Shown here: positions 28,004 to 38,211 of the stretch, in pieces | How positions within the stretch are numbered: the first letter of the stretch is position 1 | Layout: each line of letters opens with the position of its first letter | NCBI GenBank assembly: GCA_965248925.1 | Contig: CBDFLE010000006.1 | Coordinates: 4,000,001 to 4,064,000 of the forward strand | Length of the DNA stretch: 64,000 bases | Origin: Candidatus Multivoradales bacterium | GTDB lineage: Bacteria > Acidobacteriota > Thermoanaerobaculia > Multivoradales > J023 | Reading direction: 5' to 3' | The notes under the pieces: generated by a model | What the model was told of the DNA's origin: nothing | The model's database searches: none | Seen by the model: the letters and a program-made list of their open reading frames with translations, nothing else | Program-made: the position numbers and the translations under genes

Positions 28004-28386
28004 GGTATCTACTCGATACGCACGCTCTGTTGTGGTGGCTATTCGACGATCCCAAGCTGTCGCGAAAGGCTCGCGACGTGATCGGAGATTCCATTAACGA
28101 GATATTTGTTTCCGCGGCCAGCGCCTGGGAGATCAGCACCAAGTATCGCCTTGGCAAGCTGCCGAGTGCGAGCGAGCTGATGCGCGATATGGACTCTTGC
28201 TTTCGCCGTGCCGGTTTCCGTCAGTTGCCGATCAGCGTTGCTCATGCGCAACGTGCCGGCAGCTGGCCGCAGCCCCACCGCGATCCATTCGACCGCATGC
28301 TGGCAGCACAAAGTGCCCTCGAATCCAGCCCGCTAGTGACCTGCGACGACCCACTCAGCCTGTTTGGCATCCAGACCCTCTGGTAG
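28000..28386 (+). CDS. vapC: VapC-family PIN toxin
   Basis: LLDTHALLW, SAASAWEI..K, HRDPFDRMLAAQ; GTGA overlap with the antitoxin. Confidence 0.92.
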   Translation: MRYLLDTHALLWWLFDDPKLSRKARDVIGDSINEIFVSAASAWEISTKYRLGKLPSASELMRDMDSCFRRAGFRQLPISVAHAQRAGSWPQPHRDPFDRMLAAQSALESSPLVTCDDPLSLFGIQTLW

Positions 28387-28528
28387 TCCCGACAACGCGT
28401 CGCTCTCGTCACCGGCCGGTGGCGAATCGGCGGTCTGAGTCGGGCAGGTAGAGCAGCACTCAGGCTGCCGGCTGCTAGAGTGGGCTTTCCGCTCCCAGCC
28501 CAACCTAGACCATCGCAGGAGAACGATC

Positions 28529-29389
28529 ATGAGACAGCTTGATTCGCGGCAATGTCAGGGCTCTTCCCGTTCGTCGACCCGGCTTGCCGGCAGGGTTTGT
28601 CTACTCGCTGCCCTCTTGCTCAGCTGGGCTTGTGGTGGGGGTGAGGCCCAGCGGGCCAACGACGACGCTCAGCAGAGCAGCCCCCCGGCCGAGACGGCAC
28701 CCGCGGCGACTACAGCGGAGCCAATGACGGCGCCGCTCTTGCTGGGCTCAAGTTTGATCGGCGGCACGGTCAGCTTTGCTGGCAAGGCGCCGCGTCTGCG
28801 GCCCTTGGCGATGGAGGCTGATCCGGGCTGCGCCGCCAAGCACAGCGAGCCGGTGATGCCGGAGTTCCTGGTGTTGGGCGAGGGCCAGAGCCTGGCCAAT
28901 GTCTTCGTTCAGGTCACCAATCCGCCCGCGGGAACGTTTGCATCGCCGGCAGCGGCAGCGGTGATCAATCAAGTTGGCTGTCGCTACGAGCCGCATGTGC
29001 TCGGGGTGATCGCTGGACAGAAACTGATCTTTCGCAATTCCGACGGTTTGCTGCACAACGTTCATGGCCAGCCCGCGGTCAATCGCGAATTCAACATCGG
29101 CATGCCACCGACAGTGACCGAGTCCGAGAAAGTGCTCAGCCGCCCGGAGCCGCTGTTTCCGGTCAAGTGCGACGTCCATCCCTGGATGCGTTCCTACGTG
29201 GCAGTGGTGAGCCATCCATTCTTCGCGGTCAGCGGCGCGGATGGCTCTTTCACCATCGACGGGCTGCCCGCGGGTACCTGGGAGATCGAGGCTTGGCATG
29301 AGCGCTTGGGGACGCAGAGCGCCAGCGTCACCCTCGGCGAAGGAGAAGCCGGCACCTCTGACTTTTCTTTCTCTGCCCCTCAGGGTTGA
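28529..29389 (+). CDS. Lipoprotein with cupredoxin-like and carboxypeptidase-regulatory-like domains
   Basis: Lipobox WA|C; QVGCRYEPHV, NSDGLLHNVH, KCDVHPWM, AWHERLG. Confidence 0.75.
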   Translation: MRQLDSRQCQGSSRSSTRLAGRVCLLAALLLSWACGGGEAQRANDDAQQSSPPAETAPAATTAEPMTAPLLLGSSLIGGTVSFAGKAPRLRPLAMEADPGCAAKHSEPVMPEFLVLGEGQSLANVFVQVTNPPAGTFASPAAAAVINQVGCRYEPHVLGVIAGQKLIFRNSDGLLHNVHGQPAVNREFNIGMPPTVTESEKVLSRPEPLFPVKCDVHPWMRSYVAVVSHPFFAVSGADGSFTIDGLPAGTWEIEAWHERLGTQSASVTLGEGEAGTSDFSFSAPQG

Positions 29390-29409
29390 GGTTCTGGGGG
29401 AGTGAATCG

Positions 29410-30957
29410 ATGAAGCACCGGCTTGGGTTTTCGCTGATTCTTGTATTCTCCGGCTTGTTGCTCGCCGCTCCACTGGCTGCTGCTGATCTGCCGCCGAGTT
29501 CGGCGGTGCTGGCAAGGTATGTGGTGCTCGGCTCCGACCCGTCCGGGGCGACTCTGGCCTGGGCTCGGGTGGTCACCGAGCCTGGTTACCTCTGCCCCGA
29601 GCTGGTGGTCGGTAGAGCGGCCGGGGTGGCGATGACCAGTCGTGACAATTCGCACGGATTTCCGGTAGTGGTGTGTGAAGCGGCACAGCCGTTTGGGCAG
29701 AGTGCTGAGCTGAGTCTTGGCGATGGCACCCTCCCCCTGCCAGCTGCCAGGTTGGACCCGCAACATCTGGTGGTGTTCGGCGATACGGGTTGCAAGTCGA
29801 GTGTTTGCAAGCCTGGGGCCGCGGCGCAGCCGTTTGGCTCGCTGGCCGATTCGGCGGCCGCCACTGCTCCCGAAGTGGTGCTGCACATGGGTGATTACAA
29901 CTATCGGGGTACCGGCAGCAAGATCTACTTCACTCAGCCGAGTACCACAGGTGCTTTCGAGCAGGTGCAAGAGTGGAGCTACGATGCTGGCGACGGAACT
30001 ACCGCGGACGAGGCCTGCGAACAAGCCGCGGGGGCGGGTTTCTACAGCCAGAACGCGGCTAACGCCAACCAGCCAGACACCTGGGCGAGTTGGCGCGATG
30101 ATTTCTTTCTGCCCGCGAGTTCGCTGCTCGAAGCCGCCCCATGGGTGGTGGCGCGGGGCAATCATGAGTTGTGCAGTCGGGCTGGACCGGGTTGGTTCTA
30201 CTTTCTCGATCCAAGTTCCAATCTGGCCGGCGGTGGCGGCCAGCAATCCTGTCCCGAGCCCAATCCAACCAAGTCGCCGATCGCTAATGTCGTACTTTCC
30301 ACGCCCTACGCCGTGGATCTGGGCACCGTGCGTTTGATCGTGCTCGACTCAGCCAACGCCTGTGATGCCTTCACTGAGCCCACATTCACCGCTGCTTACT
30401 CAAAGCAGCTAGCCGCCATCGGCCAGCTGGCTGGCGGCAATACCTGGTTGATGTCGCACCGGCCACTCTGGGGAGTGACCGGTTACGAGACCGACAAGAG
30501 CACCGGCTGCACCTCGGCGGACGCTCTTGGCTGTGTCAGCCAAACCTTGCAGGCAGCGCTCAAGAACGGACTCGGCGGTGTTTTCCCGGCGGCGGTCAAG
30601 CTGCTGCTGGCGGGCCACATGCACCGCTTTCAGTCATTAACATTCAGTGACGGCCGGCCGCCTCTGGTGGTCGTCGGCACTAGCGGTGTGTCTCTCGACA
30701 CCTACCCGCCGGTGGGCTCGTTCTCTACTTCTGTCGAAGGCTCCAGCGCGGCGGTGCTGACCACCGCCGCTCAGCTGTCGACTCCTGCCGGCGTCAAATC
30801 GGCCTTTGGCTACCTCAATGTGACCTTGGGTCCGAACGGTAGCTGGTTAGGGTTCCTCGAATATCCGGCTGAAAAGCTCGCCTGGGCAAGCTGCGGCAGC
30901 GCCCTGGCTGCCGCGGGCGGGGTTTGTCAGCTTGCCGCGGGGATCAGGCCCGAGTAG
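29410..30957 (+). CDS. Secreted calcineurin-like metallophosphoesterase
   Basis: GDTGC, HMGDYNYR, RGNHE, SHRP, AGHMH; signal peptide. Confidence 0.88.
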   Translation: MKHRLGFSLILVFSGLLLAAPLAAADLPPSSAVLARYVVLGSDPSGATLAWARVVTEPGYLCPELVVGRAAGVAMTSRDNSHGFPVVVCEAAQPFGQSAELSLGDGTLPLPAARLDPQHLVVFGDTGCKSSVCKPGAAAQPFGSLADSAAATAPEVVLHMGDYNYRGTGSKIYFTQPSTTGAFEQVQEWSYDAGDGTTADEACEQAAGAGFYSQNAANANQPDTWASWRDDFFLPASSLLEAAPWVVARGNHELCSRAGPGWFYFLDPSSNLAGGGGQQSCPEPNPTKSPIANVVLSTPYAVDLGTVRLIVLDSANACDAFTEPTFTAAYSKQLAAIGQLAGGNTWLMSHRPLWGVTGYETDKSTGCTSADALGCVSQTLQAALKNGLGGVFPAAVKLLLAGHMHRFQSLTFSDGRPPLVVVGTSGVSLDTYPPVGSFSTSVEGSSAAVLTTAAQLSTPAGVKSAFGYLNVTLGPNGSWLGFLEYPAEKLAWASCGSALAAAGGVCQLAAGIRPE

Positions 30958-30961
30958 CGGC

Positions 30962-33900
30962 CTACTGACGCATCATCGGCGAAGCCGGCCCGACCAGCAG
31001 GCAAGCACCCGTCGGGCCGAGGGTCTTGAGCACTTTGGCGGGCAGTTCGCGGCTGATCTGTACTCGGGTGCCCAGCGCCACGGTGACCAGCTCTTGATCG
31101 GTCTGGACTTCGATCGACACCGGGCCGGAAGTGCCGTTGCTGCCACTGGCGTCGAGCAGTACATTGCGCAACTCTCGCAGGCGGTCGCGCAGCAGGTCTC
31201 CATCACCGTGGCCGCCCTTGGCATCGACCCGGATGCGTAGGCCGCGGGCCAGGTCTTCGGCGCGGCCGATCGGTACGACTCGGCTGACTTGTAGGCTGGG
31301 CTGGTCGTCGCGGAATTGCAGTTTGCCGATCAGGAAGACCACTTTGTCGGCTTCGAGCAGGTTGCCGTAGCGTTCGAAGGACTCGGAGAAGACCACCGCG
31401 TCGAGGGGGCCGTGGGGGTCTTCGAAACCCAAGATGGCGAAGCTCTTGCCCGCCGACCTGCCGCGCTGCATGGTGCGGCGGCGAACTTCGGTGAGCAGTC
31501 CGCCGATAGTGATCTCGGTGTCCGATGGCAGCTTCTTGAGATCGATCGAGCGCGCGTTGGAGAAACGTACCAAGGTGGCGGTGTGCTCTTCGAGAGGATG
31601 GCTGGAGAGGTAGAAGCCGAGCACCGATTTTTCTTCTTGGAGTTGTTCGGCCATGGCCCAGGGGGTGACCTGGGGCAAGCTCTCGGGAAGCTTCTCAACA
31701 GCGCTGTTGGCGGGCTCGTCGGCGGCTAACATGCCGAAGAGGTTGGCCTGGCCTGAGTCGCGGTCGGCGGCGGCTCGCTGGCCGCGTTGGATGGCGCCAT
31801 CGACCGCCTCGATCAGCGCCGCTCGTGATTCGGCGCCGTGCAGGCGATCGAAGGCGCCGCATTTGATCAAGGCCTCGAGGGTCGAGCGGTTGACCGCTCC
31901 CAGCTGCACCCGTTCGCAGAAATCGTAGAGGCTCTTGAAGTGCCCATCTTCCTGGCGCCGCGAGTCGATGATGGCTTGCACCGCTTTCTCACCGACCCCT
32001 TTGACGGCACTGAGGCCGAAGCGGATGTAGCCGTGCTCGGCGTTTTGGGGTTCGTCCTGCGCTAGCACCGGGGTGAATCCGACCCCCGAAGTGTTGATTT
32101 CCGGAGCCTGCACGGCCACCCCCACCCGGCCGCTGACGAAGGGCACTCGGCGGCATTCTTCGATGTACTTGACCACCTTGTCGGTGTTGACCGCTTCGTA
32201 GGTCAGAACCGCGGCCATGTACTGCACCGGGAAGTAGGTCTTCAGGTAAGCGGTCTGGTAGGCGACGATGGCGTAGCCTGAGGAGTGGCTCTTATTGAAG
32301 CCGTAGCCGGCGAATTTGAGAATCAGGTCGAAGAGGTTAGCGGCGTCTTTCTGCGACAGGCCTTTTTCTTGCGCGCCGCTCAAGAATTGGGCGCGATTGG
32401 CGTTGATGATCATTTCTTTCTTTTTCGAGATCGCCTTGATCAGCGAGTAGGCGGCGCGCAGGGGAATGCCGCCGAGCTCGTGGACGATCTGCATCACTTG
32501 CTCTTGGTAGACCATGATGCCGTAGGTCTCGGCGGTGAATTTGTCGACGATCTCATGTACCTTGGGCACTTCTTGGCGGCCGTGCTTGCGGGCGTTGTAG
32601 TCGTCGATCAGCGCCATCGGACCGGGACGGTAAAGAGCGTTGGCGGCGATCAAATCTTCGATCCGGTCGGGGGCCATGGCGCGCAGCAGGCGGCGCATGC
32701 CGTCGGATTCGAATTGGAAGACGCTGACTGTGTCGCCGCGGGCGAAGAGTTCGAGCACCCGCGGATCGTCGTAGTCCAGGCGATCGAGATCGAGGGGCTC
32801 CCAACTTGCCGGGCGCTCGCCGGCGGGGTCAACGGCGGCGCGAATGGCTTCAGCGGGCAGGGTCTCGAACACCAGCTGGCGGGCGCGTTCGATGATCGAC
32901 AGGGTGCGCAAGCCGAGGAAATCCATCTTCAGCAGGCCGACCCGTTCGCAGGTCGGGCCGTCCCACTGAGTGACCACGGTCTCGCGGTCTCCCTGCTTGT
33001 TGAGCGCCAGCGGCAGGATGTTCGACAGCTCCTGGTTGGCCAACACCACACCCGCGGCGTGGATCCCGGCGTGGCGCGCCAACCCTTCGAGATCGCGGGC
33101 GGTGTCGAGCCAGCGGCGGGTGTCGTCGTTGCCTTCGTAGGCTTGGCGCAGATCGTCGCTCTGTTCGAGGGACTCGTCGAGGGTGATGTTGAGCTGCTCG
33201 GGGATCATCTTGCAGATCCGGTCGACTTCGCTCAGCGGTACGTTCATCACCCGCCCGACATCGCGAATCGCGGCCTTCGCCTTGAGCACGTTGAAGGTGA
33301 TGATCTGGGCTACCTTGCCGAGGCCTTCGGCGTCGTACTTCTGGCGCACGTAGTCGAGGATCTCGCCACGACCGTCCTGGCAGATGTCGATATCAATATC
33401 GGGATATTCTGAACGATCCGGGTCGGTGAAGCGCTCGAAGAGCAGGCCGTAATGCACCGGGCAGGCGTTCGACAGTCCCAGGCAATAGCCCACCATGGTG
33501 CCGACGCCGGAACCACGGGCCGAGGCGGGAAAGCCGCGGCGGCGCGCTTCCTGGACGAAGTCCCAGCAGATCAGGAAGTAGGAGGAAATGTCTTTGTCGC
33601 CCAGGATGCCGAGTTCGCGGTCGAGCCGGGCGCGGATCTCCTCGGTGATGCCTTCCTCGCCATAGCGCCACACCAGGCCAGCTTCCGCGAGGGCGCGCAG
33701 GGCCTCGTCACATTGTGCTTTGAGTTCTTCGGTCGACTCGCTGCCCTGGGTGCTGTCGTAGGGCAGCAGTTCGAAGCGGGCGCAGAAGGCGTTGAACCAG
33801 GCATTGGAGCCGGCGACCAGGTCGGCGTCGTCTGCTTTGGCGGGATGGCGTTCGAGGCGCACCACCGGCGCGTGGTTCTGGTCCAGGTCGAGTTCTACAT

Positions 33901-34810
33901 TGCAACGCGCGGCGATCTTGACGGTGTTCTCAAGCGCTTCGTCGCCAGCGCCGTTGTCGCCGTAGCCGGCGAAGAGCTCGTACATCTCGGCCGGCGACTT
34001 GACGTAGAGGTCGGGTGGATACTTCAGCCGCTGCTCGTCCTCCTTGACCTTACCGGTGGAGATGCAGACCAAGGAGTCGTGACTGTCCCAGTCTTTGGCC
34101 AGCAGGAAGTGGGCGTCGTTGTCACAGACCAGCGGTAATTCGAGTTCGCGGGCCAGGCGAATCAGGTGCGGGTTGATCGCCTCTTGCTCATCGATGTGGC
34201 GTTGCAGCTCGATGAAGAAGCGAGGTTCGCCGGCGGCATTGAGGGTGAAGACCTCGGCGTGCCAGCGTGCTTCCGCCACTGCCTTCTGGTAGTGCTGCTC
34301 CTCTCCCGATTCGGCGAAAGCCGACAGGTGAAAGGCGATCGATGAACCCAGGTGACCGTTGATAGCGATCAACCCATCGCCCCAATCAGTTAGAGTCTGC
34401 TTGTCCATCCGTGGCTTGTAGTAGAAGCCGTGCAGGTAGGAGTCGGAGGATAGCTTGAGCAGGTTCTGCCAGCCGCGCTGGTTCTCCGCCAGCAGCACCA
34501 GGTGAAAGCCGCCGTCGGCGACGCCTGAGCGTTTTTTCAGCTTGCGGTCTGATTGCTGACCGCTGACGTCGGGGGCGACGTAGGCTTCGATGCCCAGAAT
34601 CGGTTTGATACCGGCTTTCTTGGCCTGCTGGTAGAAATGCACCGCGCCAAAGAGATTGCCGTGATCGGTGACCGCCACTGAGTCCATGCCCAGCTCGCCG
34701 ACTCGCTCGATCAAGCGCTCGATGCGGTTGGCGCCATCGAGCAGGCTGTACTGGCTGTGCAGGTGGAGATGGACGAAGGGCTGATCGACGGCTGCGGTGG
34801 CTTTCGACAT
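30962..34810 (-). CDS. dnaE: DNA polymerase III alpha subunit
   Basis: HLHLHSQYSLLDG, TDHGN, RGSG, FERF, PDIDID, KMDFLGL, YRPGPM, FAGYGFNKSH; OB fold. Confidence 0.97.
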   Translation of the reverse strand: MSKATAAVDQPFVHLHLHSQYSLLDGANRIERLIERVGELGMDSVAVTDHGNLFGAVHFYQQAKKAGIKPILGIEAYVAPDVSGQQSDRKLKKRSGVADGGFHLVLLAENQRGWQNLLKLSSDSYLHGFYYKPRMDKQTLTDWGDGLIAINGHLGSSIAFHLSAFAESGEEQHYQKAVAEARWHAEVFTLNAAGEPRFFIELQRHIDEQEAINPHLIRLARELELPLVCDNDAHFLLAKDWDSHDSLVCISTGKVKEDEQRLKYPPDLYVKSPAEMYELFAGYGDNGAGDEALENTVKIAARCNVELDLDQNHAPVVRLERHPAKADDADLVAGSNAWFNAFCARFELLPYDSTQGSESTEELKAQCDEALRALAEAGLVWRYGEEGITEEIRARLDRELGILGDKDISSYFLICWDFVQEARRRGFPASARGSGVGTMVGYCLGLSNACPVHYGLLFERFTDPDRSEYPDIDIDICQDGRGEILDYVRQKYDAEGLGKVAQIITFNVLKAKAAIRDVGRVMNVPLSEVDRICKMIPEQLNITLDESLEQSDDLRQAYEGNDDTRRWLDTARDLEGLARHAGIHAAGVVLANQELSNILPLALNKQGDRETVVTQWDGPTCERVGLLKMDFLGLRTLSIIERARQLVFETLPAEAIRAAVDPAGERPASWEPLDLDRLDYDDPRVLELFARGDTVSVFQFESDGMRRLLRAMAPDRIEDLIAANALYRPGPMALIDDYNARKHGRQEVPKVHEIVDKFTAETYGIMVYQEQVMQIVHELGGIPLRAAYSLIKAISKKKEMIINANRAQFLSGAQEKGLSQKDAANLFDLILKFAGYGFNKSHSSGYAIVAYQTAYLKTYFPVQYMAAVLTYEAVNTDKVVKYIEECRRVPFVSGRVGVAVQAPEINTSGVGFTPVLAQDEPQNAEHGYIRFGLSAVKGVGEKAVQAIIDSRRQEDGHFKSLYDFCERVQLGAVNRSTLEALIKCGAFDRLHGAESRAALIEAVDGAIQRGQRAAADRDSGQANLFGMLAADEPANSAVEKLPESLPQVTPWAMAEQLQEEKSVLGFYLSSHPLEEHTATLVRFSNARSIDLKKLPSDTEITIGGLLTEVRRRTMQRGRSAGKSFAILGFEDPHGPLDAVVFSESFERYGNLLEADKVVFLIGKLQFRDDQPSLQVSRVVPIGRAEDLARGLRIRVDAKGGHGDGDLLRDRLRELRNVLLDASGSNGTSGPVSIEVQTDQELVTVALGTRVQISRELPAKVLKTLGPTGACLLVGPASPMMRQ

Positions 34811-35017
34811 CGTCGCTGGGCTCCGTGCCGCTCGCTGAGCGGCGGTGATACTGAGTTCGAAACGTAAGTCTAGATTACCCCTAGTGCCATCGAGAATCCA
34901 CGCTCGGCGGCCCGGTTGGTAGAGAAAGTACGGTATTGGCAGGTGGACGCGGAGCGGCTGGCCGACGGATACTGGGTCCGTGATACCGCTTGGGTACCCT
35001 GGACCAGGAGACTACAG

Positions 35018-36004
35018 ATGTTGAAGACGCTGCGTGTTGGATGGGGCTGGATTGCTCTGGCTGCTTGCATTGTGATTTCCGGCCCGGCTTTGGCCGAGGA
35101 TCACCTGGCGTTTTACGGCGGGCCGCAAGGGGGGACATTTCAGTACTTCTCGAACGGCATGTCGATCCGCCTGTCGGCAGCGCTGCCGGAGGTTCAGATA
35201 TCAAATACCGCTTCGGCCGGCTCGCTCGAGAATCTACGCCGCATTGACTCGGGCGAGGCCGATTTCGCCATCGTCTACTCAGGCGACGCCTACCTCGGAA
35301 GGCAGGGGAAGCTGACCCGCGATCCCCGGCAGTACCGCAAGGTCCATGCCCTGGCCTTCCTCTACGGTGCGCCGGCGCATCTGGTGGTGCGGGCCGACAG
35401 CGGTATCGCCAAAGTCGAGGATCTGCTGGGCAAGCGGGTGGCGGTGGGGGGAGCCGGCTCAGGGGCAGCCAGTGCGGCGCAGCGCTATTTCACCGCCCTC
35501 GGGCTGTGGGATGGCATCGAGGTCGAGTTTCTCGGTTATAGCAAGGCCGCGTCGGCGATGGGTGACCGCCTGGTTGACGCTTTCTGGGTGCTCGCCGGCT
35601 TTCCCAATGCGTCGGTGATCCAGGCCGCGGCGAGCAATCCGGTGCGCTTGTTGGACTTAGCTGGCGCCGCTGAGCGCAGTGGGTTTCTTGCCAGCTATCC
35701 GTTTTACCAGCCGGTGGAGATTCCCGCGGGCACCTACCGCGGGGTCGAAGGGGAAGTGTTCTCGTTCCAGGATGCGGCGTTATGGGTGGCGCGTCAGGAT
35801 CTGCCGCCGCGGCAAGTTGCAGCGGCCTTGGCCGAGATCTTCTCCAAGCCGGGGCTGGCCTATATGGTCAAGGTCAAGAGCACCGCGCGGTCGATGTCGG
35901 TAGCGAGCGGATTGCACGGCATCGTCACGCCGCTCCACGTCGGTGCCGAGAGCTTCTGGCGGGCGCAAGGCTTGCAGCCTGAAGCGGAGCACTTGGACCG
36001 TTGA
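35018..36004 (+). CDS. TAXI-family TRAP solute-binding subunit
   Basis: GGPQGGTF, SAGSLENL, GKRVAVG..GSG, PLHVGA; AGGAG RBS. Confidence 0.9.
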   Translation: MLKTLRVGWGWIALAACIVISGPALAEDHLAFYGGPQGGTFQYFSNGMSIRLSAALPEVQISNTASAGSLENLRRIDSGEADFAIVYSGDAYLGRQGKLTRDPRQYRKVHALAFLYGAPAHLVVRADSGIAKVEDLLGKRVAVGGAGSGAASAAQRYFTALGLWDGIEVEFLGYSKAASAMGDRLVDAFWVLAGFPNASVIQAAASNPVRLLDLAGAAERSGFLASYPFYQPVEIPAGTYRGVEGEVFSFQDAALWVARQDLPPRQVAAALAEIFSKPGLAYMVKVKSTARSMSVASGLHGIVTPLHVGAESFWRAQGLQPEAEHLDR

Positions 36005-38181
36005 CCGACCCGCAGCTGCCGAGTCGCACCGCACCTTTGGCCAACACGGCGGGTGCTTGCCGCAGTCTTTCCGCCCCCTGGCAGTGGCTGGTGGCGCTGC
36101 TCGGCGGCGGCATGGTGTTGTTCTACCTCTATGCCGCCGGGATCGCTTCGGTGGCGACGCAGTACCACCGAGGGGTCTACGTCGGCATCACCTACGTCTT
36201 GATCTTCTTGCTCTACCCGTCGCCGCCATGGCGCCGCGGGTTGCTGTCTCGCAGCACCGGCGAGGCGGTTGCGGCTGGCAGGCCGCGCAACCCGTCGCTG
36301 CTTGATGTGCTGTTGGCGGCGCTTTCAGGGCTGGTGGTCTGGTACTGGATCCACGAGTTTGAGAATCTCAACTACCGCGCCGGGGCGGAGACCGAACTCG
36401 ACGCGCTGGTGTCGATTGTTGGCGTCTTTCTGTCGCTCGAGGTTTGCCGCCGGGTGCTGGGTTGGGCGATGGCTTCGATCGGTCTGGCGATGCTCGCCTA
36501 TGCCTACTGCGGTGCCTGGCTGCCGGGGCTGATCGCTCACCGTGGTTTTGGCATCGAGCGCCTGGCGACGGCTCTGTTCTTGACCACCAATGGGATTTTC
36601 GGGGTGATGGCCAACGTGCTGGCCACTTACGTCATCTTGTTCATTTTTTTTGGTGCTTTCTTGCACCAGAGCGGTGCTGGCCGCTTCTTCATCGATCTGC
36701 CGCTGGCCTTGGCCGGCCGTTCACGGGGAGGGCCGGCCAAAGTGGCGGTGTTCGCCTCGGCCCTCTTTGGTTCGGTGTCGGGCAGCGCCATCGCCAACAC
36801 CGTGTCGACCGGCGCCTTCACCATCCCGCTGATGAAACGGGCCGGATTCCGGCCCCATGTGGCGGCTGCCATCGAGCCGGCGGCTTCGATTGGCGGCATG
36901 TTCTTGCCACCGATCATGGGCGCTGGCGGCTTCTTGATGGCCGAACTCACCGAGACTCCCTATCTGCGGATCATGACTATCGCGCTGTTTCCGGCGCTGC
37001 TCTACTTTCTATCGGTGTTCTGCATGATCCACTTCGAGGCCTGCAAGCACAACATCGGTGGTACCACGGATTCTGAGCTGCCTCCCTGGACGACGGTGCT
37101 GGTCCGTGGTTGGTATTACGTTTTGCCGCTGGCGGTGATCACTGTCCTGATGATTCTTGGCCGCTCGCCGGGCTTCGCCGCTTTTTGGGCCTTGCTGTCG
37201 TGCGTCGGGGTCAGCTGGTTTCGCACCGACACGCGGATGGGGCCGCGGCAGATCTGGCTTGCCATCCAGACCGGTGCCCGCAACACCTTGATCATCGGTG
37301 CCACTCTAGGGGTGATCGGCATCATTGTCGGCACCATCTCGCTGACCGGTATCGGCTTGAAGTTCTCTACTCTGCTGATTTCCCTGGCTAGCGGCCGTTT
37401 GCTGCTGGCGATCCTGCTGATCGGCGTGGCTTCGCTGGTGCTCGGCATGGGGGTGCCGGTGACCGCTGCATATTTGATCACCGCGGTGTTGGCGGTGCCG
37501 CCTTTGCTCGATTTGGGAGTCGGCCTTTTGGCTGCCCACATGATCGTCTACTGGTTCAGTCAGGATTCAAATATCACTCCTCCGGTGTGTGTTGCTGCCT
37601 ATGCCGGCGCGGCGATTGCCGGCGCCGATCCTTGGCGCACTGGCTGGACGGCTTTCAAGTTTGCCAAGCTGCTCTACGTGATGCCGCCGCTCTTTGCCTT
37701 GGTGCCAGCGATTCTTCTCCAGGGCCAGCTCTTGCTGGCGCCGCCGATGAATGACCAGGTGGTCGGTGGTTTGATCACCGAGCTGCGCCTGGCCACCGGG
37801 GATCGGCTGGAGGCGGGACAGGCTTACGCCGTTGTACTCGACGGTGAGGAATTACGCGAGCTCAGGGCCGAGCACGGGGGAACGGTGTCGGCCTTGCCGT
37901 TCAGCGGTGGCGAGCAGATCGAGGGCGGGGCGGTGATGGTCGAACTTCGCGCCCAGCCGGCTCGGGTGCTGCTGGTGATGCTCTCCGCCGTGTCCGGAAC
38001 GGTCGCGTTTTCGGCCTTGAGTATGGGGTATTGGCGTCGGCGAACCCGCTGGTCAGAGTGGCTGTTGTTGGCCGCCGCCACTCTATTGCTCTTCTGGCCG
38101 AGCTGGACTAGTGGCGTGCTCGGCCTGCTAGTGGTGGCGGTCGTGGAGTGGTTGCAGCGGCGGCGAACGAGTCACGCATGA
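36001..38181 (+). CDS. TRAP transporter fused permease (4TM/12TM)
   Basis: GGPAKVAV, SGSAIAN, GAFTIPLMK, PPIMGA, LGMGVP, SNITPPV. Confidence 0.92.
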   Translation: MTDPQLPSRTAPLANTAGACRSLSAPWQWLVALLGGGMVLFYLYAAGIASVATQYHRGVYVGITYVLIFLLYPSPPWRRGLLSRSTGEAVAAGRPRNPSLLDVLLAALSGLVVWYWIHEFENLNYRAGAETELDALVSIVGVFLSLEVCRRVLGWAMASIGLAMLAYAYCGAWLPGLIAHRGFGIERLATALFLTTNGIFGVMANVLATYVILFIFFGAFLHQSGAGRFFIDLPLALAGRSRGGPAKVAVFASALFGSVSGSAIANTVSTGAFTIPLMKRAGFRPHVAAAIEPAASIGGMFLPPIMGAGGFLMAELTETPYLRIMTIALFPALLYFLSVFCMIHFEACKHNIGGTTDSELPPWTTVLVRGWYYVLPLAVITVLMILGRSPGFAAFWALLSCVGVSWFRTDTRMGPRQIWLAIQTGARNTLIIGATLGVIGIIVGTISLTGIGLKFSTLLISLASGRLLLAILLIGVASLVLGMGVPVTAAYLITAVLAVPPLLDLGVGLLAAHMIVYWFSQDSNITPPVCVAAYAGAAIAGADPWRTGWTAFKFAKLLYVMPPLFALVPAILLQGQLLLAPPMNDQVVGGLITELRLATGDRLEAGQAYAVVLDGEELRELRAEHGGTVSALPFSGGEQIEGGAVMVELRAQPARVLLVMLSAVSGTVAFSALSMGYWRRRTRWSEWLLLAAATLLLFWPSWTSGVLGLLVVAVVEWLQRRRTSHA

Positions 38182-38211
38182 GGCTTTGTTCGGTCGAACC
38201 AGGAGCATTCG

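Noticed and set aside
32285-33412. Long antisense ORFs (also 5357..6328, 61184..62218 and others)
   Set aside because: Shadow frames of GC-rich genes with no recognisable motifs.
30962-34810. Intein in dnaE
   Set aside because: The insertion is short and lacks intein C/S start and HN end motifs.
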